Positions 42,526 to 52,027 of a DNA stretch of 64,000 bases are shown one piece after another. Location: NCBI GenBank assembly GCA_014191855.1, contig BJHF01000010.1:1121-65120 (forward strand), read 5' to 3'. Origin of the DNA: Deltaproteobacteria bacterium (GTDB lineage Bacteria > Myxococcota_A > UBA796 > SXON01). A program made the translations under genes and the position numbers. The notes below the pieces were generated by a model. That model did not search any database, had not been told where the DNA came from, and saw only the letters and a list, made by a program, of their open reading frames with translations. The number at the start of each line of letters is the position of its first letter. Positions within the stretch are counted from its first letter, which is position 1.

Positions 42526-45372
42526 GTGTGCGTCAGCGGTAACGTACGTCGCGGGGTGCTCTTCGTGCCTTCCCTGATCCTCCTGGTCCTCTCCCTCCTC
42601 CCTGGCTGCACCCCGGAGCTGGATGCGCGGGCCAGGTTCGAGGCGGAGGTCGTGCCGGTTCTCCAGGCTCGATGCCTCAATTCGGCGTGCCATGGCGTCG
42701 AGGCCGGGGCCGAGCCGGAGCTGACCATCGACTGGACCCGAATGGTCGTCCAGCTCGACGCTCAGGGCGAGATCACCGACCTCGACGCCGCCTACGAAAC
42801 CGTTCGCCGCTACGTCGTAACCAACGAAGATCCGAAGTTCTCCTCGTTGCTGACCCGCCCGCTGCCCGCGGAGTTCGGCGGCACCCAGCACTACGGCGGG
42901 GCGTGCTTCACCTCTCCCGAGGATCCGGACTGGGTTGCCATGCGTGATTGGGTCGCGACCGAATCGGAGGGTGGGGAGGAACAGCCGGAGCTGAACGACC
43001 GGGAGCAGCTCTTCGCGGACACCGTACAGCCGCACCTCGTGGCCCGCGGATGCATGACCGGAAACTGCCACGGGCTCTCGGCCGCGCTGCCCTACCGCTT
43101 CGATGGCGGAGTTCAAGGGGAGTTTTCCCGCGCCTCCACCCGGGCCAACTACAGCTCGGCGCTTTCGATGGTGTCTTTGGATGGCGACGCCACGCAGTCG
43201 CGACTCATCCGGAAGGGACTCAACCTCTTCGCGGGAGGGATCATCCACAAGGGCGGGAACCAGGCGTTCTTCACCGGTCTGGGTGACGAAGCCGTGGACG
43301 CGGTAGAGGCCTGGGCGTGCGAGGAGCGCCGGGCGCGGCTCGGGGTGCCCTGCGAGGCCGCTTCGGACGGATTTGTATACGTACGCGGCCCGGTTGAGGC
43401 GGAGGACCCCTTCGACCTTGATGCGTTCGTGCCGGGCAGCGACATCTGGTGGTCCCGCGCCGACGGCAGCCGGGAGAACCTGACGGAGAGTCTACACCTT
43501 GGGGCGGCAGATGTCCGGGAGCCCGCGGTGGATCCGACGGGCACCCGGTTGGCCTTCGTGATGCGGGAGGAGGGGGACGCCGGGCATCACGCCTGGGTGA
43601 TGGACCTGAACACCCGGGTCGCGACGCAGGTGACCACGGGGGATGTCGGCGCCGACCGCGATCCCACCTGGTCGCCCGATGGAAAGTTGTGGTTCACCTC
43701 GTCCCGAGCCGGGATCCTCGCGGACGATGGCGTGCGGCTCGACGCCGAGCTGTACGAGTTGAACCTCTCAAGCGGCGAGGTGACCCGCCGCACGTGGACG
43801 CCCCACATCGAGCGCAAGCCGGTGTTCTTCGTCATTGGCACGGAAAACGGGGGGGAGGTGGGCTTCACTGCCCTGCGCGAGGCGATTCGGAGCAAACAAC
43901 GCGCCCACATCTTCCGGTTTCCGCCCGATCTGGAGACGGAGTACCACCCCCATTTTGGGATCTCCGCGCCGGAAAACATGTTCTACGACATGCGGGAGCT
44001 CCCGGACGGCCGATTCAGCGTGATCCTGTCCGAGGTGAACAACGTTTGGGAGGGAGGGCGCTTGGCGATCGTGGAGCGCAACTTCGGACCCGAGATTCCG
44101 GCGGGAGGAGAAGATTCCGCCTCGATCCCGTTCTATGCCGACCCGATCGCGCGGCTGGACGACGAGGCAGCGGCCTCGGGCGTCTCTGGCAGCCTGTATC
44201 GCGATCCTTCCGCCGAGCCGGACGGTCGCGTGTTGGTCGCGCGGGCGATCGGCCCGATTGACCTTGGAGATCCGGAAGCGACACCCGTGTTCCGCATTGA
44301 ACGCCTGACGTTGGCCGAGTCGGTGAGCGGGGAGGGCCCCTCCATCTCCGGGCGGGAGGTGGTGCTCGAAGAAGCAGGGATGTCCGTGTATGATCCGGAG
44401 CCGGTGTATGTGCGCCGCGGCGCTCCGCTGGTGGCGGAGCCGTCCTGGGATCCGGCGGAGACGACGGGGGTGGTGCGGGTGATCGGGTTGGGCACCATCG
44501 CTTCGTTGTTGCTGGACTTGCCGCCAACCGGAGCCAAGCCCGTTGCGTATGGGGTGGTGGGCGTGCGGCTCGTGGAAGCGCTGCCACTTACCCCCGCTGA
44601 GCGCGTCGCGGTGCCTGAGGCCGACCTGCGGGATGGAGCCTCGAACGCCACCAGCACCGGCATCGGCCCTTTCCCGCCCGCGCGGGTGCTCGCCGAGCTG
44701 CCGATCGCGGCGGACGGTTCGTTGTATGGGGAGCTTCCGGCGGGGGTATCGTTCCGGCTGCAGCCGCTCGACAGCAGCGGGCGGGCGATCGACATTGACT
44801 ACAATCGTTGGTACTACGTGGCCCCCGGGCAGGTGCTGACCCAGGGTGTTTCAGCGACGGACGACCATTACTACACGTTCGCGTGCGCCGTGTGCCACGG
44901 ATCGATGAGCGGGGTTCCCGAAGACGTGTTCGTCGAGCCGGACATCATGACCACCGCCTCGATCTCGCTGGCGCAGTATGTCAACAAGGATCCACGCCGC
45001 CCGATCGCGCCGCCCCAGGCGGGCGACGCGACTCGCGTGGAGGCCGATTGGCGGAGGGACATCCTGCCGATCCTCACGGGCGGCTGCGCTTGGGGCGGGT
45101 GTCACTCCGCGCAAGACAGGGCCGCGGGCCTGAGCCTGACCGCGGAGGCGACGACGTGGTTTGACGATGCGTACGAGAGCCTCTTGGGCGGGTATGTGGT
45201 GCCGGGCAGCAGCTACCAGAGCCACCTTACGGAGGTGCTCACCGGCGAGGAATTGACGGCGAGCGCTGCGCTTGCCGCGCCTGGGACACCGCACGGCGGG
45301 CTCACCACCGAGGAGATCCTGGCGATCACGCGCTGGATCGATCTCGGCGCCACCTGGCGGGGAACCCCATGA
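42526..45372 (+). CDS. Lipoprotein with PSCyt-like Cys-His motifs and PD40/TolB-like propeller repeats
   Basis: Start uncertain: a GTG at 42526 gives MCVSGNVRRGVLFVPSLILLVLSLLPGC, and another GTG lies at 42556. Motifs are VVPVLQARCLNSACHG, VQPHLVARGCMTGNCHG, FACAVCHGS and ILPILTGGCAWGGCHS. The middle carries DPTWSPDGKLWFTS-type PD40 repeats. Confidence 0.75.
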   Translation: MCVSGNVRRGVLFVPSLILLVLSLLPGCTPELDARARFEAEVVPVLQARCLNSACHGVEAGAEPELTIDWTRMVVQLDAQGEITDLDAAYETVRRYVVTNEDPKFSSLLTRPLPAEFGGTQHYGGACFTSPEDPDWVAMRDWVATESEGGEEQPELNDREQLFADTVQPHLVARGCMTGNCHGLSAALPYRFDGGVQGEFSRASTRANYSSALSMVSLDGDATQSRLIRKGLNLFAGGIIHKGGNQAFFTGLGDEAVDAVEAWACEERRARLGVPCEAASDGFVYVRGPVEAEDPFDLDAFVPGSDIWWSRADGSRENLTESLHLGAADVREPAVDPTGTRLAFVMREEGDAGHHAWVMDLNTRVATQVTTGDVGADRDPTWSPDGKLWFTSSRAGILADDGVRLDAELYELNLSSGEVTRRTWTPHIERKPVFFVIGTENGGEVGFTALREAIRSKQRAHIFRFPPDLETEYHPHFGISAPENMFYDMRELPDGRFSVILSEVNNVWEGGRLAIVERNFGPEIPAGGEDSASIPFYADPIARLDDEAAASGVSGSLYRDPSAEPDGRVLVARAIGPIDLGDPEATPVFRIERLTLAESVSGEGPSISGREVVLEEAGMSVYDPEPVYVRRGAPLVAEPSWDPAETTGVVRVIGLGTIASLLLDLPPTGAKPVAYGVVGVRLVEALPLTPAERVAVPEADLRDGASNATSTGIGPFPPARVLAELPIAADGSLYGELPAGVSFRLQPLDSSGRAIDIDYNRWYYVAPGQVLTQGVSATDDHYYTFACAVCHGSMSGVPEDVFVEPDIMTTASISLAQYVNKDPRRPIAPPQAGDATRVEADWRRDILPILTGGCAWGGCHSAQDRAAGLSLTAEATTWFDDAYESLLGGYVVPGSSYQSHLTEVLTGEELTASAALAAPGTPHGGLTTEEILAITRWIDLGATWRGTP

Positions 45373-45764
45373 TCTTTGTCCTGTTGGGCTGCATCGTAGA
45401 GGGCGAGGACGGCGCGCCGGGCGGCGGCGACAGCGGGGAGTTCTTCGCAAGCGTGGAGCCCATCCTCACGGAAGGTTGCGCGAACCCCTCCTGCCACGGG
45501 AACGGGGACCGGGCCTATCAGGTGTACGCCGTGCACCGATACCGCCTGGACGAGGCCGATCTGTGGGCCGACGGCGAGCTGAACGAGGCAGAGCACGCGG
45601 CGAATCTGGCGCAGGCGCGGGCGTTCGCAGCGCCGCCGTGGGAGCTCTGTCGCAAACCCCTGGACCCCGCAGCGGGCGGGATGTCGCATGAGGGCGGCGT
45701 GAGCTGGTTTGCGGTGGACGATGCGGACTATGAGGCGGTGCGCGCCTGGTCGGAGGCTCCATGA
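45369..45764 (+). CDS. Small lipoprotein with the same CX4CH (PSCyt-like) motif
   Basis: 131 aa with lipobox FVLLGC, and VEPILTEGCANPSCHG. The ATG overlaps the upstream stop (ATGA). Confidence 0.7.
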   Translation: MIFVLLGCIVEGEDGAPGGGDSGEFFASVEPILTEGCANPSCHGNGDRAYQVYAVHRYRLDEADLWADGELNEAEHAANLAQARAFAAPPWELCRKPLDPAAGGMSHEGGVSWFAVDDADYEAVRAWSEAP

Positions 45765-45961
45765 ATCGTTGGTGTTTCCTGGCTGTGTGGTTGGGCGGCT
45801 GCGCTCACCTGGCCCCCTACGAGCGGGCCCCGCTGATGACCCGAATCATGCAGGACCCCTATGACGAACGCGAGGCCGGGGCGGTGGCGCATGTGATCGA
45901 GGTGCGGGAGGCGATGGGCGGCGCCACGACCGGCTCGGGGGCCTCGTGTGGTTGCCGATAG
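45761..45961 (+). CDS. DUF4266 family small lipoprotein
   Basis: 66 aa with lipobox VWLGGC. APYERAPLMTRIMQDPYDE and the C-terminal GSGASCGCR match the DUF4266 pattern as I recall it (..PWERG.L....M..D..., ending GGGCGCN). Confidence 0.7.
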   Translation: MNRWCFLAVWLGGCAHLAPYERAPLMTRIMQDPYDEREAGAVAHVIEVREAMGGATTGSGASCGCR

Positions 45962-47061
45962 CGCTCGTTATTTGCGGGGGATCGTCGCGCGCGGTGGAGC
46001 CCGCCGCCGTGTCAGCCCCGCCACCCGTGCACGTGGAGGAGGCCTCCGCGCGCGTGGATGCCTTCACGGACGGGTGGATTTCAGTGGTGGGGCCCGGCGG
46101 CGCCGTTGAGGTGGGGCTCCCGAAGGGATGGTCGGTGAACGCCGCGTGGTCGGCTGACATCATCACGGGGGCGACGCCGCGCGTCGCGACGGACGCCGTG
46201 TCGTCGGCGACCCGGTTCTCGGAGCTGCGCAATGGCGTGTCGGTGGGCGCGAACCTGGCGTCGTCGGCCGAGTGGTCGGCCCACGGATCGTATTCGGGGA
46301 GCACCGAGTCTGATTTTGTGTCCCATACGGCGGGTGCCGGGGCGAAAGTGGATGCCTTCGGTCGAATGTCAACCTTCAGCCTGGACTACAAGGCGCGCTT
46401 CGAGACGACGGGACGCGTGGACGACGACGCGTATGCGGAGACGGCCGCTGCCCACATTTTGGACCTGGGATGGACCTGGATCCTCGATCGCAACACCAAG
46501 GGGACGGTTCTGGCAACCGGGGAGTGGGATGCGTGCTCAGAGGCGTTGGGGTGCGTTGCGAGCCCATACCGTAAAGTGGAAACGATGCAGGGACTCGCGC
46601 TTTCGGAGCGCCACCCGGATGAGCGGGGGCGGGTGGCGGCCGCGGTGAGGGTGTCTCGCGCGTTGGGGTCGGCCACCGCCGTTCATGGCGGGTATCGACT
46701 CTACTCCGACACCTGGGCGGTGCTGGGGCACACGGTTGATCTCTCGCTGATACGGTCGCTGTTTCACGAGGCCCTGGTATTGCGGGGGAACGCTCGCCTG
46801 GCGCGGCAGGGGGCGGCTTCGTTTTGGGCGGCGGGCTACGGCGGGGACTCGGAGTGGCGCACGGGGGACCGAGATCTGGGCGCGCTCACGGCCTGGCAGG
46901 CGGGGGTGGCGGTGGAAGGGGCGCGCTTTGGCGTTGGGCCGTTCTCCCGGTTGAGCCTGAGCGCTCACCTGGATCATCTGTGGTTGCGCCACGATGACTT
47001 CCTCCAGGACACAAGCCACGACGCCTGGTTTTTTGGCGGGGGACTCCATGCGGCCTTTTGA
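45946..47061 (+). CDS. DUF3570-like outer-membrane beta-barrel protein
   Basis: 371 aa with a GTG start overlapping DUF4266 by 16 nt. It has beta-rich alternating strands, a DAVSSATRFSELR motif, and the usual DUF4266-DUF3570 adjacency. Confidence 0.6.
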   Translation: MWLPIALVICGGSSRAVEPAAVSAPPPVHVEEASARVDAFTDGWISVVGPGGAVEVGLPKGWSVNAAWSADIITGATPRVATDAVSSATRFSELRNGVSVGANLASSAEWSAHGSYSGSTESDFVSHTAGAGAKVDAFGRMSTFSLDYKARFETTGRVDDDAYAETAAAHILDLGWTWILDRNTKGTVLATGEWDACSEALGCVASPYRKVETMQGLALSERHPDERGRVAAAVRVSRALGSATAVHGGYRLYSDTWAVLGHTVDLSLIRSLFHEALVLRGNARLARQGAASFWAAGYGGDSEWRTGDRDLGALTAWQAGVAVEGARFGVGPFSRLSLSAHLDHLWLRHDDFLQDTSHDAWFFGGGLHAAF

Positions 47062-47578
47062 CGTCATTGCGGCGCTCTCTCTCGCTGGCGCTGTGGCGTG
47101 TACCTCCGACGGGCCCGACAGCGATTCCACCGGCGGGTCGGGTGAGGGCAAGGCCGAGATCGTGTGCGAGCTGGGAACGTGGACCGCCTCGGCGGGCTTC
47201 ACCCCCCTGGCGGCGGACCCGACCTTCGAGCTTCAGATGGGGTTCCAGGGTTTCTTGTTGATCGCGGTGAACCTGCGCACCGGCGAGCCGGACTTCGCAA
47301 AGGGGAACGCCGCGATGTCGGTGAAGGTGGACGGGGCCGATACCATCAGCGGCGAGCAGCCGGCCGTTGTATTCCACGACGGCGTGAGCGACACCATCCT
47401 GATTTTCTTCACGGCGAACTACCTAAGCTACTACGTCGGTCGTGGCGCCGAGGTGGCGGTGCGCATCGAGGATGCAACGCGGTACTGCGTCGTGCCGGCG
47501 GCAGGGACACTCGTGGATGAGGACCCCTGTATCCACACCGGCGCCGAGCCCATCTGTCCGGAGGACACGGGACCATGA
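47048..47578 (+). CDS. Hypothetical lipoprotein
   Basis: Trimmed to the ATG at 47048. Lipobox LAGAVAC. 176 aa with several Cys. It overlaps both neighbours. Confidence 0.6.
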   Translation: MRPFDVIAALSLAGAVACTSDGPDSDSTGGSGEGKAEIVCELGTWTASAGFTPLAADPTFELQMGFQGFLLIAVNLRTGEPDFAKGNAAMSVKVDGADTISGEQPAVVFHDGVSDTILIFFTANYLSYYVGRGAEVAVRIEDATRYCVVPAAGTLVDEDPCIHTGAEPICPEDTGP

Positions 47579-49971
47579 CTTCCTTCCTGCTTGTTTTGGG
47601 TCTGTTCGGCGGGTGTGCCGAGAGCTCCGACTGGGTTGCAACGTCGTTGACGCCGTACGAGAACCCGTTTCCATCAGACGATCCTCAGTACGCAGCCCAG
47701 CCCCACCGCTCGAAACCACAGGAGGTCGCGACCGTAGGCAACGTCGCCTGGGTGTCGCTGCCGGGCAGCTCCGACGACCCCGACAATCGCGTGGCGGTGG
47801 TCGACCTGGCGTCGGGAAGCGTTGTCACCCGGATCGACGTCGGCTCCAACCCGATGGGCCTCGCCGTGCGCCCCGACGGGAGTGCGGTGGTCGTGCTCAA
47901 CCGCTTCTCCAATTGGATCTCTGTCCTCGACCCGGTGAACAACCGCGAAATGAGCCGGATCCCGACCGACTTCTACGCGACCGAGGCGGTGTTTTCTCCG
48001 GATGGACGGACGCTCTACGTCACCAACCGCTGGCTTGACCGCGTGGGCGTGTGGCGCCTCGACGACGAGATGGCGGCGACGTGGCTCGGCTCGATCCGGG
48101 CCGGGGTGAACCCGCGGGACCTCGCGATCAACGCGGATGGAAGCCTCGTGGCGGTGGCGAACGTGACCGGGCTGGACGTATCGATCCTCGACACCGCGAC
48201 GAACACGGAGGTGCGCCGCGTGGACCTCTCCGCACCGCCCAACGGGCTCGCGTTCGTGGGGGACTGGCTGGTGGTGGCCACGCTCTCGGCGTCCAGCAAC
48301 CATCTTCCGTTCGCCGGTCCCGACACCAACGGCGATGGCCTGCCGGGGGACGGAACGCCGAACAGCAACTTCCAGGACGTGCAGAACGAGGTCGCGGTGA
48401 TCGAACCGGTGCGCGGCGAGGTGGTGTGGCGGTACACCTCGGACACCATCTGCTGCAAGGACTTTCGGGATATCGATCCCGCCGATACCACGCTATATGG
48501 GGAGCTTTTGCCGCCGAGTGACACGTGGATTGTTGGCGGCGCGCTGCCCGAGCAGGTGGTCGCGGACGGGGAGGGGGTGTGGGTCACCTACTCCGGCTCC
48601 AACCAGTTCCAACGGTTCGGTGTGAACGCGGTGACGGGAGCGCTGTCGGCGCAGGAGGTTTTTGACACTGCCGGCCACAATCCCCACGGCATCGCGGTGG
48701 CTGGCGACGGGCGGCTGTTGATCGCACACCGGCTCGGGGAGACGCTCGGGGTGTACGGCCGCGACGGCGCGCTGCACGACGAGGTGGAGGTTGGCGACGT
48801 GTCGGGTGGGGCGTTCCCCGCCACAGACGCAGAGATCGGGGAGCTCTACAACTTCGTGACGGCCCGGTTCAGCGTAGACGGCGATCAGGTGTGCGCGAGC
48901 TGCCACCGCGAGCAGGACAACATCAGCAAGGTGTTTGGCATGCCGCTCTCGGTGTACGGGGGGCAAAACAGCCGGATGACCATGGCCTCGCGTGGCATGG
49001 CGGATACGCGCCCGTGGTTCTTCGAGGGCGCGATGGACCAGACCAACTTCCGGCCGGTCATCAACGAATTCGCCCGGGTGGAGAACTTCTGCTGCGAGGA
49101 CTACACGCTGTTTCCGGACGGCGCGCCGGCCGATTGCGCCACCAACCCTCCGCCCGAGTGTGACACGGAGCCGAACGCGTATACGCCGGAGGGAATTACC
49201 GCCATGCGCGGCTCACCCCTGGCTCATCCGCGTCCGACGACCTCGCTCACCCGGGAGGCCTTCTACCTGGCGCGTGCAGCCGAGGTGATTGGCCGCACCG
49301 AGACCTTCGGGGATGCCGTGTACGCGGAGGACCTGGTGACCGGCGAGCGCGCTCCGTTGTCGCTCAGCCTGGACGGGATCACCAAGTCGCTGGGGGTGTT
49401 CCTGCTCCAGAACACGGCGTTGTTGCCGAACCCGAACGATCCCGAGAGCGCTGCGGCCCGCCGCGGGAAGGCGATCTTCGAGAGCGCCACCTCCAACTGT
49501 GCGAGTTGCCACCCCGCTCCCACCTTCGCGGCATCCACTGACAACAACCCCGCAGGGGTGCCGCTCCGCATGGACCCGGTGGTGACCCCCGACTACAGCG
49601 ACGCGGGGATCAACCTCGATCTGGTTTCCGATGGCTTTCAGAGCATCTTCCCGCTCGTGGAGCAGGACTCGTGCGCCGAGGTGTGCGGTGAGTCCGTGTG
49701 CGCGGAGGACGCTGCGGTGTGTGACGACGTGCGCAACATCCGACTCAACCCCACGCCGCTCCGTGGGCTCTGGGATCGCGCCCCTCGGATGCTCCACGAC
49801 GGGCGGGCAAAGAGCCTGCGGGAGGCGATCTGCACGCCCGGGCACCCGGCGCTGCTCCCCGGGGAGGTGGGGTACAACGAGCGCAACGGGGTGCCGGATA
49901 CCAACGGGGGGACGAGCCACCTTTCGGTGGGGGAGGTGGAGGATTTGATGGTGTATCTGATGACGTTGTAG
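47575..49971 (+). CDS. Lipoprotein: YVTN-type beta-propeller fused to di-haem cytochrome c peroxidase-like domain
   Basis: 798 aa with lipobox LGLFGGC. Repeats are GSNPMGLAVRPDGSAVVV, FSPDGRTLYVTN and GVNPRDLAINADGSLVAV. Two CXXCH sites are present (VCASCHREQ and NCASCHPAPTF), the second in the CCP/MauG-like context. Confidence 0.7.
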   Translation: MTSFLLVLGLFGGCAESSDWVATSLTPYENPFPSDDPQYAAQPHRSKPQEVATVGNVAWVSLPGSSDDPDNRVAVVDLASGSVVTRIDVGSNPMGLAVRPDGSAVVVLNRFSNWISVLDPVNNREMSRIPTDFYATEAVFSPDGRTLYVTNRWLDRVGVWRLDDEMAATWLGSIRAGVNPRDLAINADGSLVAVANVTGLDVSILDTATNTEVRRVDLSAPPNGLAFVGDWLVVATLSASSNHLPFAGPDTNGDGLPGDGTPNSNFQDVQNEVAVIEPVRGEVVWRYTSDTICCKDFRDIDPADTTLYGELLPPSDTWIVGGALPEQVVADGEGVWVTYSGSNQFQRFGVNAVTGALSAQEVFDTAGHNPHGIAVAGDGRLLIAHRLGETLGVYGRDGALHDEVEVGDVSGGAFPATDAEIGELYNFVTARFSVDGDQVCASCHREQDNISKVFGMPLSVYGGQNSRMTMASRGMADTRPWFFEGAMDQTNFRPVINEFARVENFCCEDYTLFPDGAPADCATNPPPECDTEPNAYTPEGITAMRGSPLAHPRPTTSLTREAFYLARAAEVIGRTETFGDAVYAEDLVTGERAPLSLSLDGITKSLGVFLLQNTALLPNPNDPESAAARRGKAIFESATSNCASCHPAPTFAASTDNNPAGVPLRMDPVVTPDYSDAGINLDLVSDGFQSIFPLVEQDSCAEVCGESVCAEDAAVCDDVRNIRLNPTPLRGLWDRAPRMLHDGRAKSLREAICTPGHPALLPGEVGYNERNGVPDTNGGTSHLSVGEVEDLMVYLMTL

Positions 49972-50224
49972 GGCGGGGGTTCAGCCACTTGTTCTACACA
50001 CCTAGCAGTACGCCTCCGACTCGGGCTAAGTGCCGGCTTGATCGCGCATGATCGTCGAGACCGGCGTGAACGATTCCCGCGGAGGTTGCCTGACCTTGTG
50101 GCTCCCGTAACGAATCGCCGTGGGCGGCCTGTGTCGCCTTTGCCGCGGACGGGGGCCCGACGGCGCCAGGCGCCACCACCGTGCCGCGGTAACGAAGGGA
50201 GCTGCAGCTTCGGTGCCCGCTCGC

Positions 50225-50270
50225 TTGACGACATCGATAACTCGATGTATGCATCGATATACCGATATGC
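50225..50270 (+). promoter_or_regulatory. Candidate promoter plus twin inverted-repeat operator of the XRE gene
   Basis: TTGACG lies at 50225-50230. O1 is ATCGA-taac-TCGAT (50233-50246, perfect 5-4-5 inverted repeat). O2 is ATCGA-tata-CCGAT (50253-50266). The centres are 20 bp apart, and O2 abuts the ATG at 50267. This is an A/T-rich island in GC-rich DNA. Confidence 0.45.
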
Positions 50271-51052
50271 GCCGTCGTCCACACCCCTCCGACCTCGACA
50301 AGTCCCGCCGCCGGGTTGTCGCGAAGGTGCGCGAGCTGCGGACCGACCGCCGGTGGACGCAGGCGGAGCTCGCCGTGAAGCTCGGGCTCTCCCAGGCGAG
50401 GCTGAGCGAGATCGAGCGCGGTGGGGGCTCGTTCACCGCCGAACAGTTCATCGAGGTGCTTCGCCTGTTCAACGTGAACGTCGATGCGTTCACCGCACCG
50501 CAGCCGGTCGAGGACGAGCTGCAGAACGCGCTCGCCCGCCTTGGCGCGCTCCACCTGCGCGAGGTTTCCAGTGCTCTTCCAAGCGCTCGGGTCGCGGGTG
50601 TGCGGGCCGCCGTGCGAGAGACGCTCCTGGGCCCAACGGACGCGCGCCTGCTTTTGGCGCTTGCGCCCGTGTTGCTGGCGAACCTCGACACGCTGAACCT
50701 CGATGTGCTGCATGATGAACTCGTCGCCATCGGATTCCCGGCGCGCGTGCCCTGGCTCGTCGAGAACGTCCACGCCGCGCTCTTTCTCTGCCGCGTGTCC
50801 CAAGGACGCCCAGCGGCAACCCGATGGCATCGATCGGTGGCCGTCCTGGGCGACTTCGTGTCCCGGCACCCCCCGCCGGCCAGCGAAGCTCCGCGCCGCC
50901 TCGACCACATCGACGTCGGAATTCGCAGTAAACGCGCGCTCGCGCAGGTCCAGGCTGCCGCGTCCGACATCTCTCGAAAATGGGGCATCGTCAGCGACCT
51001 CCAGCCGGCTGACTTCGCCGATGCCCTGCGAGCCGCCGATGTCGCAGGTTGA
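50267..51052 (+). CDS. XRE-family helix-turn-helix protein with long uncharacterized C-terminal domain
   Basis: Trimmed to the ATG at 50267 (alternative ATG at 50249). LRTDRRWTQAELAVKLGLSQARLSEIERG is the HTH_3/XRE signature. About 190 further residues have no family I recognise. Confidence 0.8.
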   Translation: MRRRPHPSDLDKSRRRVVAKVRELRTDRRWTQAELAVKLGLSQARLSEIERGGGSFTAEQFIEVLRLFNVNVDAFTAPQPVEDELQNALARLGALHLREVSSALPSARVAGVRAAVRETLLGPTDARLLLALAPVLLANLDTLNLDVLHDELVAIGFPARVPWLVENVHAALFLCRVSQGRPAATRWHRSVAVLGDFVSRHPPPASEAPRRLDHIDVGIRSKRALAQVQAAASDISRKWGIVSDLQPADFADALRAADVAG

Positions 51053-51641
51053 GGAGTTCTTCCGGGACCTGGATCGGTCCTGGCCGCTCGCAGCTGGAAC
51101 CCCTGTCACCCTTCGCCTCCTGGGCTCGACCGCGCTCATCCTGCAGACGAGCTTCCAGCGGGGCACCAAGGACAGCGACATTCTGGAGACCGACCAGATC
51201 ACCGCCGACATCGAGTCTGCGCTCCTCGCCCTCGCAGGCAAGGAGACCGCCATTCATCGACGTCATAGGATGTACCTTGAGTTTATCGGTGCGGCGTTTC
51301 CTTTCCTTCCGGTCTACCCACTTTGGCACGCCGTGGTGCCGTCCGGGCTGGACCATCAGAACTTCCGCCTCGAAGTGCTGGATGTCGTGGACGTGGTGAT
51401 CGCGAAGTTGGCCCGGTTCCACAAGACGGATCGCGACGACATCTCGGCGATGGCGGAGCGCGACCTCATCGAACCACAACGGTTTGCTGAGCGCTTTCAG
51501 TCTGCTGTCCAGCGGTGGTGGCATGACTCCAGGGCCGACGATCTCCCGAGGATCATCAGGAACTTTCACCAGGTGCAATCCGACGAGTTGTTCGTGTGGC
51601 CATCCCGAGTAGAGTTGCCCCGGTGGGTCGAGGACGAATGA
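51039..51641 (+). CDS. Pol-beta-superfamily nucleotidyltransferase, DUF6036-like (second copy)
   Basis: The start is an ATG at 51039 or 51021, overlapping the XRE gene. LRLLGSTALILQTSFQRGTKDSDIL fits hG[GS]x9-13DxD. LDVVDVVIAKLARFHKTDRDDISAM parallels HDVLVSKLERWEPQDREHAKAI of the 5972..6511 protein. Confidence 0.65.
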   Translation: MSQVEEFFRDLDRSWPLAAGTPVTLRLLGSTALILQTSFQRGTKDSDILETDQITADIESALLALAGKETAIHRRHRMYLEFIGAAFPFLPVYPLWHAVVPSGLDHQNFRLEVLDVVDVVIAKLARFHKTDRDDISAMAERDLIEPQRFAERFQSAVQRWWHDSRADDLPRIIRNFHQVQSDELFVWPSRVELPRWVEDE

Positions 51642-51874
51642 GCATCGATCGCGTCATGCCCGCCGCGGAGTGCTCCGGAGATCACTTGCTGTCACGACCT
51701 TCCCGCCCCGCGTCCATCCTCCCACTGATACCCGGCGTTCTACGCCGCTCCGGGATCGTTTCCATTACGTAGAAGGAAACTCTCCCAGGAGAGCCACACC
51801 CCTTCCATGGCGCCCGGCCGTCGGCAGCATGGTCGCGTCGTTCTGGCTGCCAACCGAGGTCGCGCTTCACAAAC

Positions 51875-52027
51875 ATGAACCCGCAATTCGGTTTCATGGC
51901 GAAACCGCTCTCGATGTTCATGGCCACAAACATTGAGTTCGGTTGCGTGGGCAAACTGAAGTCGAGGTTCATCATGGTGACCCTCGAGTTCGGTTGGGGC
52001 GGGATCCGCCGTCGCGCCGCACGCAGC
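51875..52027. repeat. 51-nt tandem repeat (about 2.5 units) in lower-GC orphan region
   Basis: The core CAATTCGGTTT sits at 51884, and GAGTTCGGTTG at 51935 and 51986, exactly 51 nt apart. Units 1 and 2 share 31/51 positions by my count. Unit 3 matches only over its first ~28 nt. Confidence 0.65.

Noticed and set aside
49994-51253. 419-aa and 320-aa minus-strand ORFs opposite the XRE/NTase genes.
   Set aside because: They have no recognisable motifs and an Arg/Ser-rich composition. The plus-strand frames carry the HTH and NTase signatures.
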